Origin: Macrostomum lignano
Lineage: Eukaryota
Length of the DNA stretch: 64,000 bases
Assembly: GCA_002269645.1 (NCBI GenBank)
Contig: NIVC01000718.1
Location: 7,662-71,661 of the forward strand
Reading direction: 5' to 3'
Shown in pieces: positions 1 to 13,659 of the stretch; within the stretch, counting starts at the first letter, position 1, and every line of letters starts with the position of its first letter. Below the pieces are notes generated by a model, which made no database searches, had not been told where the DNA came from, and saw only the letters and a list, made by a program, of their open reading frames with translations. A program made the position numbers and the translations under genes.

Positions 1-184
1 ATTTGTTGCTATGAAAAATGGTTTCACTAAAACTGTCAATATTTTTATACGCCTAATGGCTTTGTAAAAATGATGATTTCTCTTTTTTAATTTAGCGATC
101 CAAGCCAAAAATTGAAATGGTTTCTAAATAGTATGAAGTAAGTGTGCTTTTGCTGTGTCTGTTTTAACCTTTTTCTCTATCTGT

Positions 185-945
185 CTTTCTGTGTCTGTAT
201 TCTGTATTTGTCTGCATGTGTCTGTATTCTGTATTTGTCTGTCTGTGCCTGTATTCTGTATTTGTCTGTCTGTGTCTGTATTCTGTATTTGTCTGTCTGT
301 GTCTGTCGTCTGTATTTGTCTGTCTGTGTCTGTATTCTGTATTTGTCTGTGTGTGTCTGTATTCTGTATTTGTCTGTCTGTGTCTGTATTCTGCATTTGT
401 CTGTCTGTGTCTGTATATTCTGTATTTGTCTGTCTGTGTCTGTAATTGTCTGTCTGTGTCTGTGTCTGTATTCTGCATTTGTCTGTCTGTGTCTGTATTC
501 TGTATTTGTCTGTGTGTGTCTGTATTCTGTATTTGTCTGTCTGTGTCTGTATTCTGTATTTGTCTGTCTGTGTCTGTCGTCTGTATTTGTCTGTCTGTGT
601 CTGTATTCTGTATTTGTCTGTGTGTGTCTGTATTCTGTATTTGTCTGTCTGTGTCTGTATTCTGCATTTGTCTGTCTGTGTCTGTATATTCTGTATTTGT
701 CTGTCTGTGTCTGTAATTGTCTGTCTGTGTCTGTGTCTGTATTCTGCATTTGTCTGTCTGTGTCTGTATTCTGTATTTGTCTGTGTGTGTCTGTATTCTG
801 TATTTGTCTGTCTGTGTCTGTATTCTGTATTTGTCTGTGTGTGTCTGTATTCTGTATTTGTCTGTCTGTGTCTGTATTCTGTATTTGTCTGTCTGTGTCT
901 GTATTCTGTATTTGTCTGTCTGTGTCTGTATTCTTTATTTGTCCT
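185..945. repeat. 27-bp minisatellite (TTCTGTATTTGTCTGTCTGTGTCTGTA)n with a ~271-bp higher-order duplication
   Basis: Unit read directly; overlapping ORFs with 9-aa periodicity recur 271 bp apart and are repeat artefacts. Confidence 0.95.
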
Positions 946-1644
946 GTGCCTAAGAAAAACTCAATTTAACAGCTTAGTCGGTGTACTTTTGCGTTATTTT
1001 GCTAAAGCCAGGCTCAATAGTGGTTGTTCACTAAATAAGCATTTTCAATCAACTTTATAGTCAGTCAGTACTTAACTTGATTTTTGTTTTGACATTTTTA
1101 GGTCGCTTTTCTATTTACCAATTTTTCTACTAACAGTAGCTGAGTAAGCATATGTTTGGGGCTCGGAAAATTACGGCATTTTTTGTTATTTACTTTTTCC
1201 TATTTCTATACAACATATTTAAGAGTGCATTTTTACTTATCTATATTAATAATAGTAGTAAAGTGCGTATCCTAGCAACTTATAAACTTTTGCACAAGCT
1301 CAAAACGATGCACACAGTCTATCACAATGCTACTTGCAATAGTTTGTGTAAATATCGTCTCGTTATATCGTTATCATAGTACGCGTCATCAGTGTAAAAA
1401 CACATTTAAAACTTGACCCGTAATTTCTCGCTGTAAATTGTATCTCCTATGCTTTAGTGTCTGTCTCTTTTATCAATTAATACATACCAACACTCTGTTA
1501 AATTTTGCTTACGTAGATTTTTCTGCTAAAAAATAGTTTCAAAGTAACTCGTTGTGCAAGCTTGTTGCACTGGCTTTTTGCGGTAAATGGACTTTTGGCT
1601 TTTTTATGGCGTGTTGCTTATTTTATTGTTCACTTCTTCGTTTC

Positions 1645-2130
1645 TGTTTCCCTCCGTTCCTCTCTGGTCTCCTCTCTGGTCCCCTCTGGTCCCCTCTCTG
1701 TTCCCCTCTGGTCCCCTCTGTTCCCCTCTGTTCCCCTCTGTTCCCCTCTCTGGTCCCCTCTCTGTTCCCCTCTGGTCCCCTCTGTTCCCCTCTGGTCCCC
1801 TCTGTTCCCCTCTGGTCCCCTCTCTGGTCCCCTCTGGTCCCCTCTCTGTTCCCCTCTGGTCCCCTCTGTTCCCCTCTCTGGTCCCCTCTGTTCCCCTCTC
1901 TGGTCCCCTCTCTGTTCCCCTCTGGTCCCCTCTCTGGTCCCCTCTGTTCCCCTCTGTTCCCCTCTGTTCCCCTCTCTGTTCCCCTCTCTGTTCCCCTCTG
2001 TTCCCCCCTCTGTTCCCCTCTCTGTTCCCCTCTCTGTTCCCCTCTGTTCCCCTCTGTTCCCCTCTCTGTTCCCCTCTCTGTTCCCCTCTCTGGTCCCCTC
2101 TCTGTTCCCCTCTCTGTTCCCCTCTCACTT
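1645..2130. repeat. 10/12-bp C/T-rich minisatellite (CTGTTCCCCTCT / CTGGTCCCCTCT)
   Basis: Tandem units visible directly. Confidence 0.95.
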
Positions 2131-2939
2131 CTGTCCGTCCTATCTCATCCTAGCCTGATATTATTTAAGTATTGTTGGCCCTTAAACACTGCTTGGATCT
2201 TCAGTCTTGAAGTGTCGCACCTTTTACAGACTGTAATTAACCTACAGTGCTTGTGCGTACAGAACTTTAACTGCAATGCAACGTAATTCGACTCTGCAAC
2301 TATAGCTGCTAATGTTAATACATATACCGGTATTTCTTAACTTTATGGTGGCAATATGCTTATTATATAATAAGCATATTGCCGTAAGATAGATCCGTAT
2401 AGATCCGTAAACTGCAACAACTAACAACCATCTGTGATTTATTCAAGCTAGACATATGACTATGCAAATTCTGAATCCGAACTGTTTGCCATAGTAGATT
2501 ATTATGGAATTATTGATCTGATCATTTAAAAATATCTTTGTTATCATTATGGACTTGTGCGTGAGAAAGCGATTTTATAGTCATTGTTTTGTGGGGAACT
2601 TATATTTATTCGAATAACAAAATCTATATATGCGGATCATAGTTATGAATATCCTTTAAAGATGACAATCTCCGATCAGAGTCTATAGACCACGCTCTGA
2701 ATCCAGACAGACCGCAAAACTTTCGAGTAATGCCAATTGTCATGCATTTCACGTTTTGGCGCACAATTGATACCCGGGGTGTGTTTAAGCTGTGCGGCCA
2801 TCTGCCGCATCCTGGATATCTCCTTGAACTCGTCCGCTAGGCCGGCATCACGCACACTTTATACATGTTAGTTGCTGGGATTGTGCGATATTGGATCCTC
2901 TGCAGCAAATTGGCCAACAAGTCTCATTCTCTGTCGCTC

Positions 2940-4220
2940 TCACATCCTGTCACCCTCGCATTTCATTCACATTCTCATTCACTCACATTCTTACTCACTC
3001 TCACATTCTTACTCACTCACATTCTTACTCACTCACATTCTTACTCACTCACATTCTTACTCACTCATTCTCACTCACTCACATTCTTACTCTCACATTC
3101 TTACTCACTCACATTCTTACTCACTCACATTCTTACTCACTCACATTCTTACTCACTCACATTCTTACTCTCACATTCTTACAATTACTCACTCACATTC
3201 TTACTCACTCACATTCTTACTCACTCATATTCTTACTCACTCACATTCTTACTCACTCACATTCTTACTCACTCACATTCTTACTCTCACATTCTTACTC
3301 ACTCAAATTCTTACTTACTCACATTCTTACTCACTCACATTCTTACTCACTCATATTCTTACTCACTCACATTCTTACTCACTCACATTCTTACTCACTC
3401 ACATTCTTACTCACTCACATTCTTACTCACTCACATTCTTACTCACTCACATTCTTACTCACTCACATTCTTACTCTCACATTCTTACTCACTCACATTC
3501 TTACTCACTCACATTCTTACTCACTCACATTCTTACTCACTCACATTCTTACTCTCACATTCTTACTTACTCACATTCTTACTCACTCACATTCTTACTC
3601 ACTCACATTCTCACTCGCTCACATTCTTACTCACTCACATTCTTACTCTCACATTCTTACTCACTCACATTCTTACTCACTCACATTCTCACTCTCACAT
3701 TCTTACTTACTCACATTCTTACTCACTCACATTCTTACTCACTCACATTCTCACTCGCTCACATTCTTACTCACTCACATTCTCACTCTCACATTCTTAC
3801 TCACTCACATTCTTACTCACTCACATTCTCACTCTCACATTCTCACTCTCACATTCTTACTCACTCACATTCTCACTCTCACATTCTTACTCACATTCTT
3901 ACTCACTCACATTCTCACTCTCACATTCTTACTCACATTCTTACTCACTCACATTCTCACTCTCACATTCTTACTCACTCACATTCTCACTCTCACATTC
4001 TTACTCACTCACATTCTCACTCTCACATTCTTACTCACTCACATTCTCACTCACTCACATTCTTACTCACTCACATTCTTACTCACTCACATTCTCACTC
4101 TCACATTCTTACTCACATTCTTACTCACTCACATTCTTACTCACTCACATTCTTACTCACTCACATTCTTACTCACTCACATTCTCAATCACTCTCAAAT
4201 TCTCACTCACTCACATTCCT
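2940..4220. repeat. 16-bp minisatellite (CTCACTCACATTCTTA)n with 12-bp variants
   Basis: Tandem units visible; explains the three His/Ser/Leu/Thr ORFs. Confidence 0.95.
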
Positions 4221-4260
4221 CGCTCTCACATTCTCTGTCAATCTGTCATTCTCTCAATCT

Positions 4261-4515
4261 CAAGGGCGTCACCGTGGTTTTTTTAGGGGGGAGGGGGGTG
4301 GGGTGACGAAGCCAAGAAATGTTACATTAGTTTAAGAATTTGTTTTGTTGGCACTCATTTTGGCGCCGCGAGCAGGCGCTCATTTTGGCGCCGCAGGCAG
4401 GCGCTCATTTTGGCGCTGCGGGCAAGCGCTCATTTTGGCACCGCGGGCAAGCGCTCATTTTGGCGCCGCAAGCAGGCGCTATATTTTGGCGCCCTGAAGC
4501 ACAATTACCGATTTC
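4261..4515 (+). mobile_element. Truncated or diverged copy of the hAT-like MITE family, carrying ~25-bp TTTTGGCGCC units
   Basis: Starts CAAGGGCGTCACC (TIR-like), contains GCCAAGAA, then CTCATTTTGGCGCC units, then CTGAAGCACAATT, in the same order as the copy at 56330; no right TIR found. Confidence 0.65.
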
Positions 4516-5174
4516 CACAACAAAACATTCTCTATTCACTGTGCATTTTCTCTCAATCCAAGGATCAGGCATTTCTCATCTTTGTTCCCACAAGCCGCAT
4601 TTCGGGATTCATCCCTTTTATTTACTCTTTTAAAATACAGGTTTATAGGAGGTTCCCACCTGCACTGTAATGCCAGCTTGTATGATTATTATGCTAGCAT
4701 TAAACAGCTGGTCAGGGCCAGCACACAGCTATATAGTTAGTTTGGTTACTCATTTTGTGGGTTATAAACTATATTATAGCAGATTGTATATAAATTATGA
4801 ATTCCCTTCAGAAGTCCTCGAGTTGCAGACAACAGGAAATCCCACCCACGGAATCGCTTAAGGTCGTTTGAAATCAAAGTAGAAAATCTGTTTTTAAAAG
4901 TTGTAAAATATAAGCAACTTTTGCTATAAGATCATAAATTTATTGTTTGTCATGCAGTCTTCGAATTTTTCGTATTACAATTCATAAATATCGAAGTTTG
5001 TTTACACTTACGATTGTATGCCGTAATACGAGTAGTACTCTGCTTTTATTTAGCGAGCAACTTTGTCTTGCTGGTTGGTCACAATTGCATTTTGACTTGA
5101 ACTGCTTCGAGTTGTTAAAAGACGGGTTCTGATATGGGCAGGAAAGAAGCCTCATGATCCCCAATTTGTTGGTG

Positions 5175-5400
5175 AGGTTACGGACTTAAGGTGAGGCTGA
5201 CCCAACCAGTTGATGATGATATAAGTGAGTCTGATCCAACTAATTGATGAGGTTATGAGTGCGGCTAACCCAAGAAGTTGATGAGGTTGCAAGTGAGACT
5301 GACCCAAGGAGTTGATGAGGCAGCAAGTGAGACTGTCCTATCCCAACGATGGGTCAGAGAGGAATACTGACCCAGGCAGAGGATGAGACTGAAATGGTGT
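5175..5400. repeat. Degenerate ~34-bp repeat (GTTGATGAGG...GAGACTGACCCA)
   Basis: About five diverged units; period not a multiple of 3. Confidence 0.6.
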
Positions 5401-5869
5401 CTTGTTTGTTACGTGTTCTACTGTTTGCTTCAGCAGCTTTTCCAATGGCAACTAAATATAATTTCCATTTCATTTACCAGATTATTAAACAATATTTTAT
5501 TTTGTATTACGCTTGCAATATCTCATATAGGTCATAGGGTTTGTTGATTTTGGTCAAGGCGATAATAAGAGGCAGGTGCGATAAAACCACAATCTGTGAG
5601 AAGCATCACATTAATGCCAGGTGCAATAAACAAATTTCACTCACCACCCCAACTGTGAATAGAAGGTGCTAATCTGCCATGCCATATTTTCGAAATAAAA
5701 ATTAATGACGCTGACAGATAATAATATTTAAGTGCTAATTATAGAGTATCATCTCCATGACTGCTCACTGCCGCTAGTGCTTTGCGTCTAAAACTCGCTA
5801 AAACAGCTGAGGATAATCATTTGTGGCAGATCTTTTAACAGACAATTGTTAAATATTTATGTTTACTTT

Positions 5870-8800
5870 ACTGAGATTGGCGCCCCTAAGCTACTGAATT
5901 TGGCGCTCCTAAGCTACTTTAATCGGCACCCCTAATCTTCTTAAATCGGCGCCCCTACCCTAAGCTACTGACATTGGCGCCCCTAACCCTAAGCTACTGA
6001 CATTGGCGCCCCTAAGCTACTGAGATTGGCGCTCCTAAGCTACTGAGATTTCTGAGATTGGTGCCCCTAAGCTGCTTAGATTGCTGAGATTGGCGCCCCT
6101 AAGCTACTGAGATTGGCGCCCCTAAGCTACTGAGATTGCTGAGATTGGCGCCTCTAAACTACTGAGATTGGCGCCCCTAAGCAACTGAGATTTCTGAGAT
6201 TGGTGCCCCTAAGCTGCTTAGATTGCTGAGATTGGCGCCCCTAAGCTACTGAGATTGGCGCCCCTAAGCTACTGAGATTGGTGCCCCTAAGCTACTGAGA
6301 TTGGCGCCCCTAAGCTACTGAGATTGCTGAGATTGGCGCCCCTAAGCTACTGAGATTGGCGCCCCTAAGCTACTGAGATTGCTGAGATTGGCGCCTCTAA
6401 ACTACTGAGATTGGCGCCCCTAAGCAACTGAGATTTCTGAGATTGGTGCCCCTAAGCTGCTTAGATTGCTGAGATTGGCGCCCCTAAGCTACTGAGATTG
6501 GCGCCCCTAAGCTACTGAGATTGGTGCCCCTAAGCTACTGAGATTGGCGCCCCTAAGCTACTGAGATTGCTGAGATTGGCGCCCCTAAGCTACTGAGATT
6601 GCTGAGATTGGCGCCCCTAAGCTACTGAGATTGGCGCCCCTAAGCTACTGAGATTGGCGCCCCTAAGCTACTGAGATTGCTGAGATTGGCGCCCCTAAGC
6701 TACTGAGATTGCTGAGATTGGCGCCCCTAAGCTACTGAGATTTCTGAAACTGGCACCCCTAAGCTACTTAGATTGACGTCCCTAGGCTCCTGAGATTGAC
6801 GCTCCTAAGCTACTGAGATTTCTGAGATTGGCGCCCCTAAGCTACTTAGATTGACGCTCCTAAGCTACTGAGATTTCTGAGATTGGCGCCCCTAAGCTAC
6901 TGAGATTTCTGAGATTGGCGCCCCTAAGCTACTGAGATTTCTGAGATTGGCGCCCCTAAGCTACTGAGATTGGCGCCCCTAAGCTACTGAGATTTCTGAG
7001 ATTGGCGACCCTAAGCTACTTAGATTGACGTCCCTAGGCTCCTGAGATTGACGCTCCTAAGCTACTGAGATTTCTGAGATTGGCGCCCCTAAGCTACTTA
7101 GATTGACGCCCCTAGGCTCCTGAGATTGACGCTCCTAAGCTACTGAGATTTCTGAGATTGGCGCCCCTAAGCTACTGAGATTTCTGAGATTGGCGCCCCT
7201 AAGCTACTGAGATTTCTGAGATTGGCGCCCCTAAGCTACTGAGATTGGCGCCCCTAAGCTACTGAGATTTCTGAGATTGGCGCCCCTAAGCTGCTTAGAT
7301 TGACGCCCCTAGGCTACTGAGATTGGCGCCCCTAAGCTACTGAGATTTCTGAGATTGGCGCCCCTAAGCTACTGAGATTTCTGAGATTGGCGCCCCTAAG
7401 CTACTGAGATTGGCGCCCCTAAGCTACTGAGATTTCTGAGATTGGCGCCCCTAAGCTGCTTAGATTGACGCCCCTAGGCTACTGAGATTGGCGCCCATAA
7501 GCTAGTGAGATTTGCGCCCCTAAGCTACTGAGTTTGGCGCTCCTAAGCTACTTTAATCGGCACCCCTAATCTTCTTAAATCGGCGCCCCTAACCCTAAGC
7601 TACTGACATTGGCGCCCCTAAGCTACTGAGATTGGCGCTCCTAAGCTACTGAGATTTCTGAGATTGGTGCCCCTAAGCTGCTTAGATTGCTGAGATTGGC
7701 GCCCCTAAGCTACTGAGATTGGCGCCCCTAAGCTACTGAGATTGGCGCCCCTAAGCTACTGAGATTGGCGCCCCTAAGCTACTGAGATTTCTGAGATTGG
7801 CGCCCCTAAGCTACTTAGATTGACGCCCCTAGGCTCCTGAGATTGACGCTCCTAAGCTACTGAGATTTCTGAGATTGGCGCCCCTAAGCTACTGAGATTT
7901 CTGAGATTGGCGCCCCTAAGCTACTGAGATTTCTGAGATTGGCGCCCCTAAGCTACTGAGATTGGCGCCCCTAAGCTACTGAGATTTCTGAGATTGGCGC
8001 CCCTAAGCTGCTTAGATTGACGCCCCTAGGCTACTGAGATTGGCGCCCCTAAGCTACTGAGATTTCTGAGATTGGCGCCCCTAAGCTACTGAGATTTCTG
8101 AGATTGGCGCCCCTAAGCTACTGAGATTGGCGCCCCTAAGCTACTGAGATTTCTGAGATTGGCGCCCCTAAGCTGCTTAGATTGACGCCCCTAGGCTACT
8201 GAGATTGGCGCCCATAAGCTAGTGAGATTTGCGCCCCTAAGCTACTGAGTTTGGCGCTCCTAAGCTACTTTAATCGGCACCCCTAATCTTCTTAAATCGG
8301 CGCCCCTAACCCTAAGCTACTGACATTGGCGCCCCTAAGCTACTGAGATTGGCGCTCCTAAGCTACTGAGATTTCTGAGATTGGTGCCCCTAAGCTGCTT
8401 AGATTGCTGAGATTGGCGCCCCTAAGCTACTGAGATTGGCGCCCCTAAGCTACTGAGATTGGCGCCCCTAAGCTACTGAGATTGCTGAGATTGGCGCCTC
8501 TAAACTACTGAGATTGGCGCCCCTAAGCAACTGAGATTTCTGAGATTGGTGCCCCTAAGCTGCTTAGATTGCTGAGATTGGCGCCCCTAAGCTACTGAGA
8601 TTGGCGCCCCTAAGCTACTGAGATTGGTGCCCCTAAGCTACTGAGATTGGCGCCCCTAAGCTACTGAGATTGCTGAGATTGGCGCCCCTAAGCTACTGAG
8701 ATTGCTGAGATTGGTGCCCCTAAGCTACTGAGATTGGTGCCTCTAAGCTACTGAGATTGCTGAGATTGGCGCCCCTAAGCTACTGAGATTTCTGAAACTG

Positions 8801-9130
8801 GCACCCCTAAGCTACTGAGATTGGCGCTCCTAAGCTACTGAGATTAGCGCTCCTAAGCTACTGAGATTGGCACCCCTAAGCTACTGAGATTGACGCCCCT
8901 AAGCTACTGAGATTTCTGAGATTGGCGCCCCTAAGCTACTTAGATTGACGTCCCTAGGCTCCTGAGATTGACGCTCCTAAGCTACTGAGATTTCTGAGAT
9001 TGGCGCCCCTAAGCTACTGAGATTTCTGAGATTGGCGCCCCTAAGCTGCTTAGATTGACGCCCCTAGGCTACTGAGATTGGCGCCCATAAGCTAGTGAGA
9101 TTGGCGCCCCTAAGCTACTGAGATTGGCGT
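5870..9130. repeat. 3.3-kb satellite, 23-bp unit GGCGCCCCTAAGCTACTGAGATT (32-bp variant), with higher-order blocks
   Basis: Unit read directly; rare variant CCCATAA recurs at 7494, 8211 and 9084. Confidence 0.97.
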
Positions 9131-9544
9131 TCTGTTATTCGGCATTCATAAACAATCATTATTACAGAATGAAATTGTACATTTTAGATACTAAGCTAAT
9201 GTAAGCAGCTGTCAAAATATAATGATGACGTATTGAGTAGCTTGGTTGTCTATAATAAATATGGCCTTTTTTGATAGAAAGGTTGATAATTATTTATGAT
9301 GGGTGATTTCGAGGTCCGTGGGAAACAGATGTGCTGGATACTATGTATGCTAATTATATCCTTGTCTAATAGGCTTTTTTACGTATAAATATACAAATAT
9401 ATCGATCACTATTTTCTTTTTTGCTTTTTTCAGTTTTTCGCTAGTTGCTAAGCCAAGCAAAAAATGGTTGGTTACGTATAAAAATATGCAATCAAAAATA
9501 AGGTGAGCAATCCTTTAGCCATGCATCTAGTTCTGCATCTGGAT

Positions 9545-10035
9545 CACGGCGCCAAGTCACTCCATCACGGCGCCAAGTCACTCCATCACGGCGCCAAGTC
9601 ACTCCATCACGGCGCCAAGTCACTCACTAACGGCGCCAAGTCACTCCATCACGGCGCCAAGTCATTCACTCACAGCGACAGGTCTCTCCCTCATGGCGCC
9701 CGGTTTCTCCCTCACGACGCCAAGTCTCTATCTCACGGCGCCAAGTCTCTATCTCACGGCGCCAAGTCTCTATCTCACGGCGCCAAGTCTCTATCTCACG
9801 GCGCCAAGTCTCTATCTCACGGCGCCAAGTCTCTATCTCACGGCGCCAAGTCTCTATCTCACGGCGCCAAGTCTCTATCTCACGGCGCCAAGTCACTCGC
9901 TCACAGTTCCAACTCACCCACGGTTCTAATTTACTCACGGCGCCAACTTACTCACGGCGCCAACTTACTCACGGCGCCAACTTACTCACGGCGCCAACTT
10001 ACTCACGGCGCCAACTTACCAACAGCGCCAACTCA
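9545..10035. repeat. 21-bp (CACGGCGCCAAGTCTCTATCT) array followed by 17-bp (CACGGCGCCAACTTACT) array
   Basis: Tandem units visible; the HGAKSLS ORF is an artefact. Confidence 0.95.
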
Positions 10036-11340
10036 GTCTCTGACTAATCCCATTTGTCCTCATAACTCCCCTTGTCGCTTTATGTGACGGAGAAGATTCA
10101 GTTGAAGATCGCCAATCGGCAATCGCCTTTATTACTGTAAAGATTGCTACTAGGCTTTATAGTGCTTCCCTTCACCCAAGTCCGTCTAAAATGGGTTTCT
10201 TAAAGCCGAACTGAACTGACAATAAAATTGATAGAGAATACAACTCACGGCTGGGCTCTTAGCAACCATGAAGGCATCGTTTATGGGCTTTTTTCAGGTT
10301 CGTCTTGGGCTTAGCCTTGGCAACAAAAATACCCTTATCTGCCTCGTTGCATCGCTCAGAAGCTTTGGGAAGGCAACAAAAGCGGACCTACGAGCGTAAC
10401 TTGGGGTGTTTTTTTGATAAGTTGAAAGTTTTCCCAAATTTTTATTTATAACCCTGCACGCATGTCATCATTTTTGTTTTGACAGATGTGTTGGGGGTTT
10501 CATCCGCGATATTGATTGATCCGTTATTTATACCTCTTATCGGTGGGATTGTTTGCTCAAGAGACTTAAGAAGCGTTTTGACAGCTTTTTAGAGATCGAT
10601 TTTTATTGGTTTAAAAAGATTTGGAATAAAAACTGGGTCCAATTTTGGCAATTTGCCATTTAGAACCAATGACGCACTTCAAGCGACTTACTACAGAATT
10701 AAAAATGTTCTCTAGTGGTTTTCATTTAATATAATTAGTAAAAACAGGCTCCATGATTAAATTACACGACCTTCAATGTCTAATTTGCATTTTCGATTTA
10801 GTCACAACGCCGCCAGTTCACGCGCACACATCTGGGGACACATTAGTTTAGCGTAGTAGTAGTCAATATAATTGATCTGAAGTGGGGGCGCCAACATCAC
10901 CCCCGATATCACCCACCCCACCCCCCCCCCTGCCCCAACCCATTCCCCTCACGAGGCCAAAGCTCAATACAGGCCAGAAGGATGGGCTGGGGTAGAAAAG
11001 AGCTTTCGCACAACGTGCAGGCCCCCGCCCCCTCAACCCCACCCACCCCCCCGATCCAGCCAACCCCGCCTAATCGAGAACGCGATGGGGGCCCATTTAG
11101 GAAATGGCCGGTCCTTCCTACCTTTCCTTTTCTCTATCCACTCCTCCAACTAAACTAGACTTTGACTGCCCTCGAAATCTAAAATAACTTTTATAAGCGC
11201 ACCGATACGATCCCACATAAGAGGAAAAGAGAGGACCAGACAAGAGAGAAGACTTGGCCACGATTCCCACTTTAGAGCGAGCACCTTTCCCCCTTGTATA
11301 CAGAACCAGGCATTAAATTACTTAAAACATTTTTTAACTC

Positions 11341-11962
11341 ATGGATCGTCAACAGCAACAGCTCAACCTGTTGGTCTACGACCCTCAGTCCAATGCAACT
11401 CCTAACAATAAAAGCAAGTCAACAGCAGCAGCAGCCGACGAACAAGCCATGACAATAGCCGGTACAAACGACAATGCAGCGGATTGCGAGAATGCAGCCG
11501 ATGCTGCTTCAAACTCCAATTCCATGCCAGGCAGGCAGCGCAAACGCCGCAGTCTATTTGGAACGGCTAAATTGTCGCCAACCTCGAAAGCTGCTAAACA
11601 GCAGCGCAAATCAACTGTAACTGGCCGGCACAAAGATGGCGCCAGTTCTAGGCGAGCCTGCCTGACCGAAATCATCTTTGAGGATGTACAGAAAGCTAAA
11701 GAGTTGTTCGGATTTCGGCAGAAATCCACCGTTACAGCAGCTGGAGCAACAGAAACGACGACAAATGCTGCCGCGACTGCTACTGTGACGGAACCAACTT
11801 TGCAGAGCCATCCGGTTGTCACCCGGCTGATGCAGCAGCAGCAGATGGAAGCAGAACCCGATGACAGCAGCAATGTCCGATCGAGAACTACCACTAGTAG
11901 AAGAGTATTTGCACCAATCGCGTTAACTGAAGACGATTTTGATGAGCACAAATCTGCCGTTC
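11341..11962 (+). CDS. Putative first coding exon (low-complexity Ala/Ser/Gln/Thr-rich), possibly exon 1 of the CUPID-domain gene
   Basis: ATG at 11341, non-repeat open frame of 207 codons plus 1 nt, GTGAGT donor at 11963 in phase 1, matching the phase-1 acceptor at 16184. The link is inferred from phase only. Confidence 0.5.
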
Positions 11963-12139
11963 GTGAGTTCGAAGATTTTTTATATTCTTGTTTTTATACT
12001 TTACAATTCAGTTCAAGGGTCGGCAAGGACTGTGTGGCCTGCGAAGCCTCTATCCTGCCCTCGGGTCCTTTGGAACTTTACACTACTAGCTCTCTGGCCC
12101 GCTCACTGCGCTCAGGCCAGGTTCGTGTCATCTTTCCTC

Positions 12140-12600
12140 TGTCCTCTCTCCGCCCCCACTTCTCAACTTCTTTCTCTTTCGTTTCTCCTCTCCCGTCTCC
12201 TCTCTCTCTCTCTCTCTCCTCCACTCTCCTCCCCTCTCCTCCCCTCTCCTCCCCTCTCTCTCCTCTCTTCTCCAATCTCCACCCCCTCCTGTCTTCTCTC
12301 CCCTCCTCTCGCCGCTCTCTCTTCTGTTCTTCTCCCTCCTCTCCTCTCTCCCCTCTTCTCTCTCCTCTCTTCTCCATCCCCCATCCTGTCTTCTCTCCCC
12401 TCCTCTCTCTTCTCTTCTCTTCTCCCTTTCTTCTCTCCCTTCCTCTCTTTTCCTTCTCCCTCTCCTTCTCTTCCCTCTCCTCTCTCTTCTCCCTTTCTTC
12501 TCACTCTCTTCTCTCCCCTCTCTTCTCCCTCCCCTCTTCTCCCTCTCCCTCTCTTCTCTCCCCTCCTCTCTTCTCCCTCTCCTCTCTTATCATCTCTCAT
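12140..12600. repeat. Polypyrimidine (CT-rich) low-complexity tract
   Basis: Almost only C and T. Confidence 0.9.
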
Positions 12601-13659
12601 CTAGGAAATCTAGGAAATTCTCCCTATTCCAGTGTCGTGTCAAATTTCTTAGAAAGAAAAATAGTTTAAACTTGAATGGTTCCAGTTGTGGGTGTTTCTT
12701 GATTGAATGCAACAGATGACCAGGTGGTCCAGCAATGCAATTCATATTTATTTATTAGTTCTTACTTACTATCACATTCTTGGCATTCTTAGTCTTTGGA
12801 CTTTGGCTTTTTATCTTCATTCTCTATGGATATATTCCCTTTGACTATAGCTGAAAGGTCCAGATTCTTTTCTTCATCTTCATCGCCACGTCACGTCATT
12901 GCGCCACACAGCACAGGGCCAAAAAGAAATGGGACACCTGGATATGCTTCATCAAGTTTTAGTCCAGTATTCCCACTGTCCACTCTCTCGGGTCAAAATT
13001 TATTTTATTGTTCTACTTAAGCTTAAGATTGCGTTGTCGTTTTGTTTGACTTTCAATAAAATCTCCGACAAATATTCTCATCGCTTAAGCTCAGATCCTG
13101 ACTAAGTCTATAACCCTAGATAAAACTTTTATCATAACATTAAGAATTCATTTTCTCCATCATAGGCGTTTTCTCTCTTTGTTAAATATTCGAAACGCTG
13201 CTGCACCCACTAAAACCGAACTTATTTCAACGAACGATTGGTGAAACTTAGCGAAAATTTGTCGAAGACCCCCTGTTGCGCGCATCGGCGCTTAACAATT
13301 CCGAGTTTGGATGAGGGGATGGAAGGGCAGATGAAGCCCCCGCGATGTTAGGCTTGATTGCGCAATCACTAAATTAACAACTTGGTCTGTTCAGACCTAT
13401 GGGTAGGACAGCCAAAAGCAAATGCTGTCGTTACGACCATAAGTGTCATTTAAGGTTTAATAGCATCTATACTAATGATAATATCTATATGAAACTCTAT
13501 AAATATATTCTAGACAAAATAATCTTTCATTTAAAATATTGGTTTAGTATATTCTATTATTAGATTTCATTTTATAAGTAAAAATAACCTGTCATGTTAC
13601 GACCATGCTTATATGGAATGAGCCCATTCCGATTGAAGTGTTGCTTTTGAATTTTAGCG

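Noticed and set aside
10246-10400. Minus-strand segment reading KKPINDAFMV, reminiscent of an HMG-box start
   Set aside because: It needs an assumed frameshift, and downstream candidate exons hit stops.
12012-12120. Small exon after a 49-bp intron
   Set aside because: It has plausible AG and GT sites, but no reading frame links it in phase to the 16184 acceptor without a stop; left out of the model.
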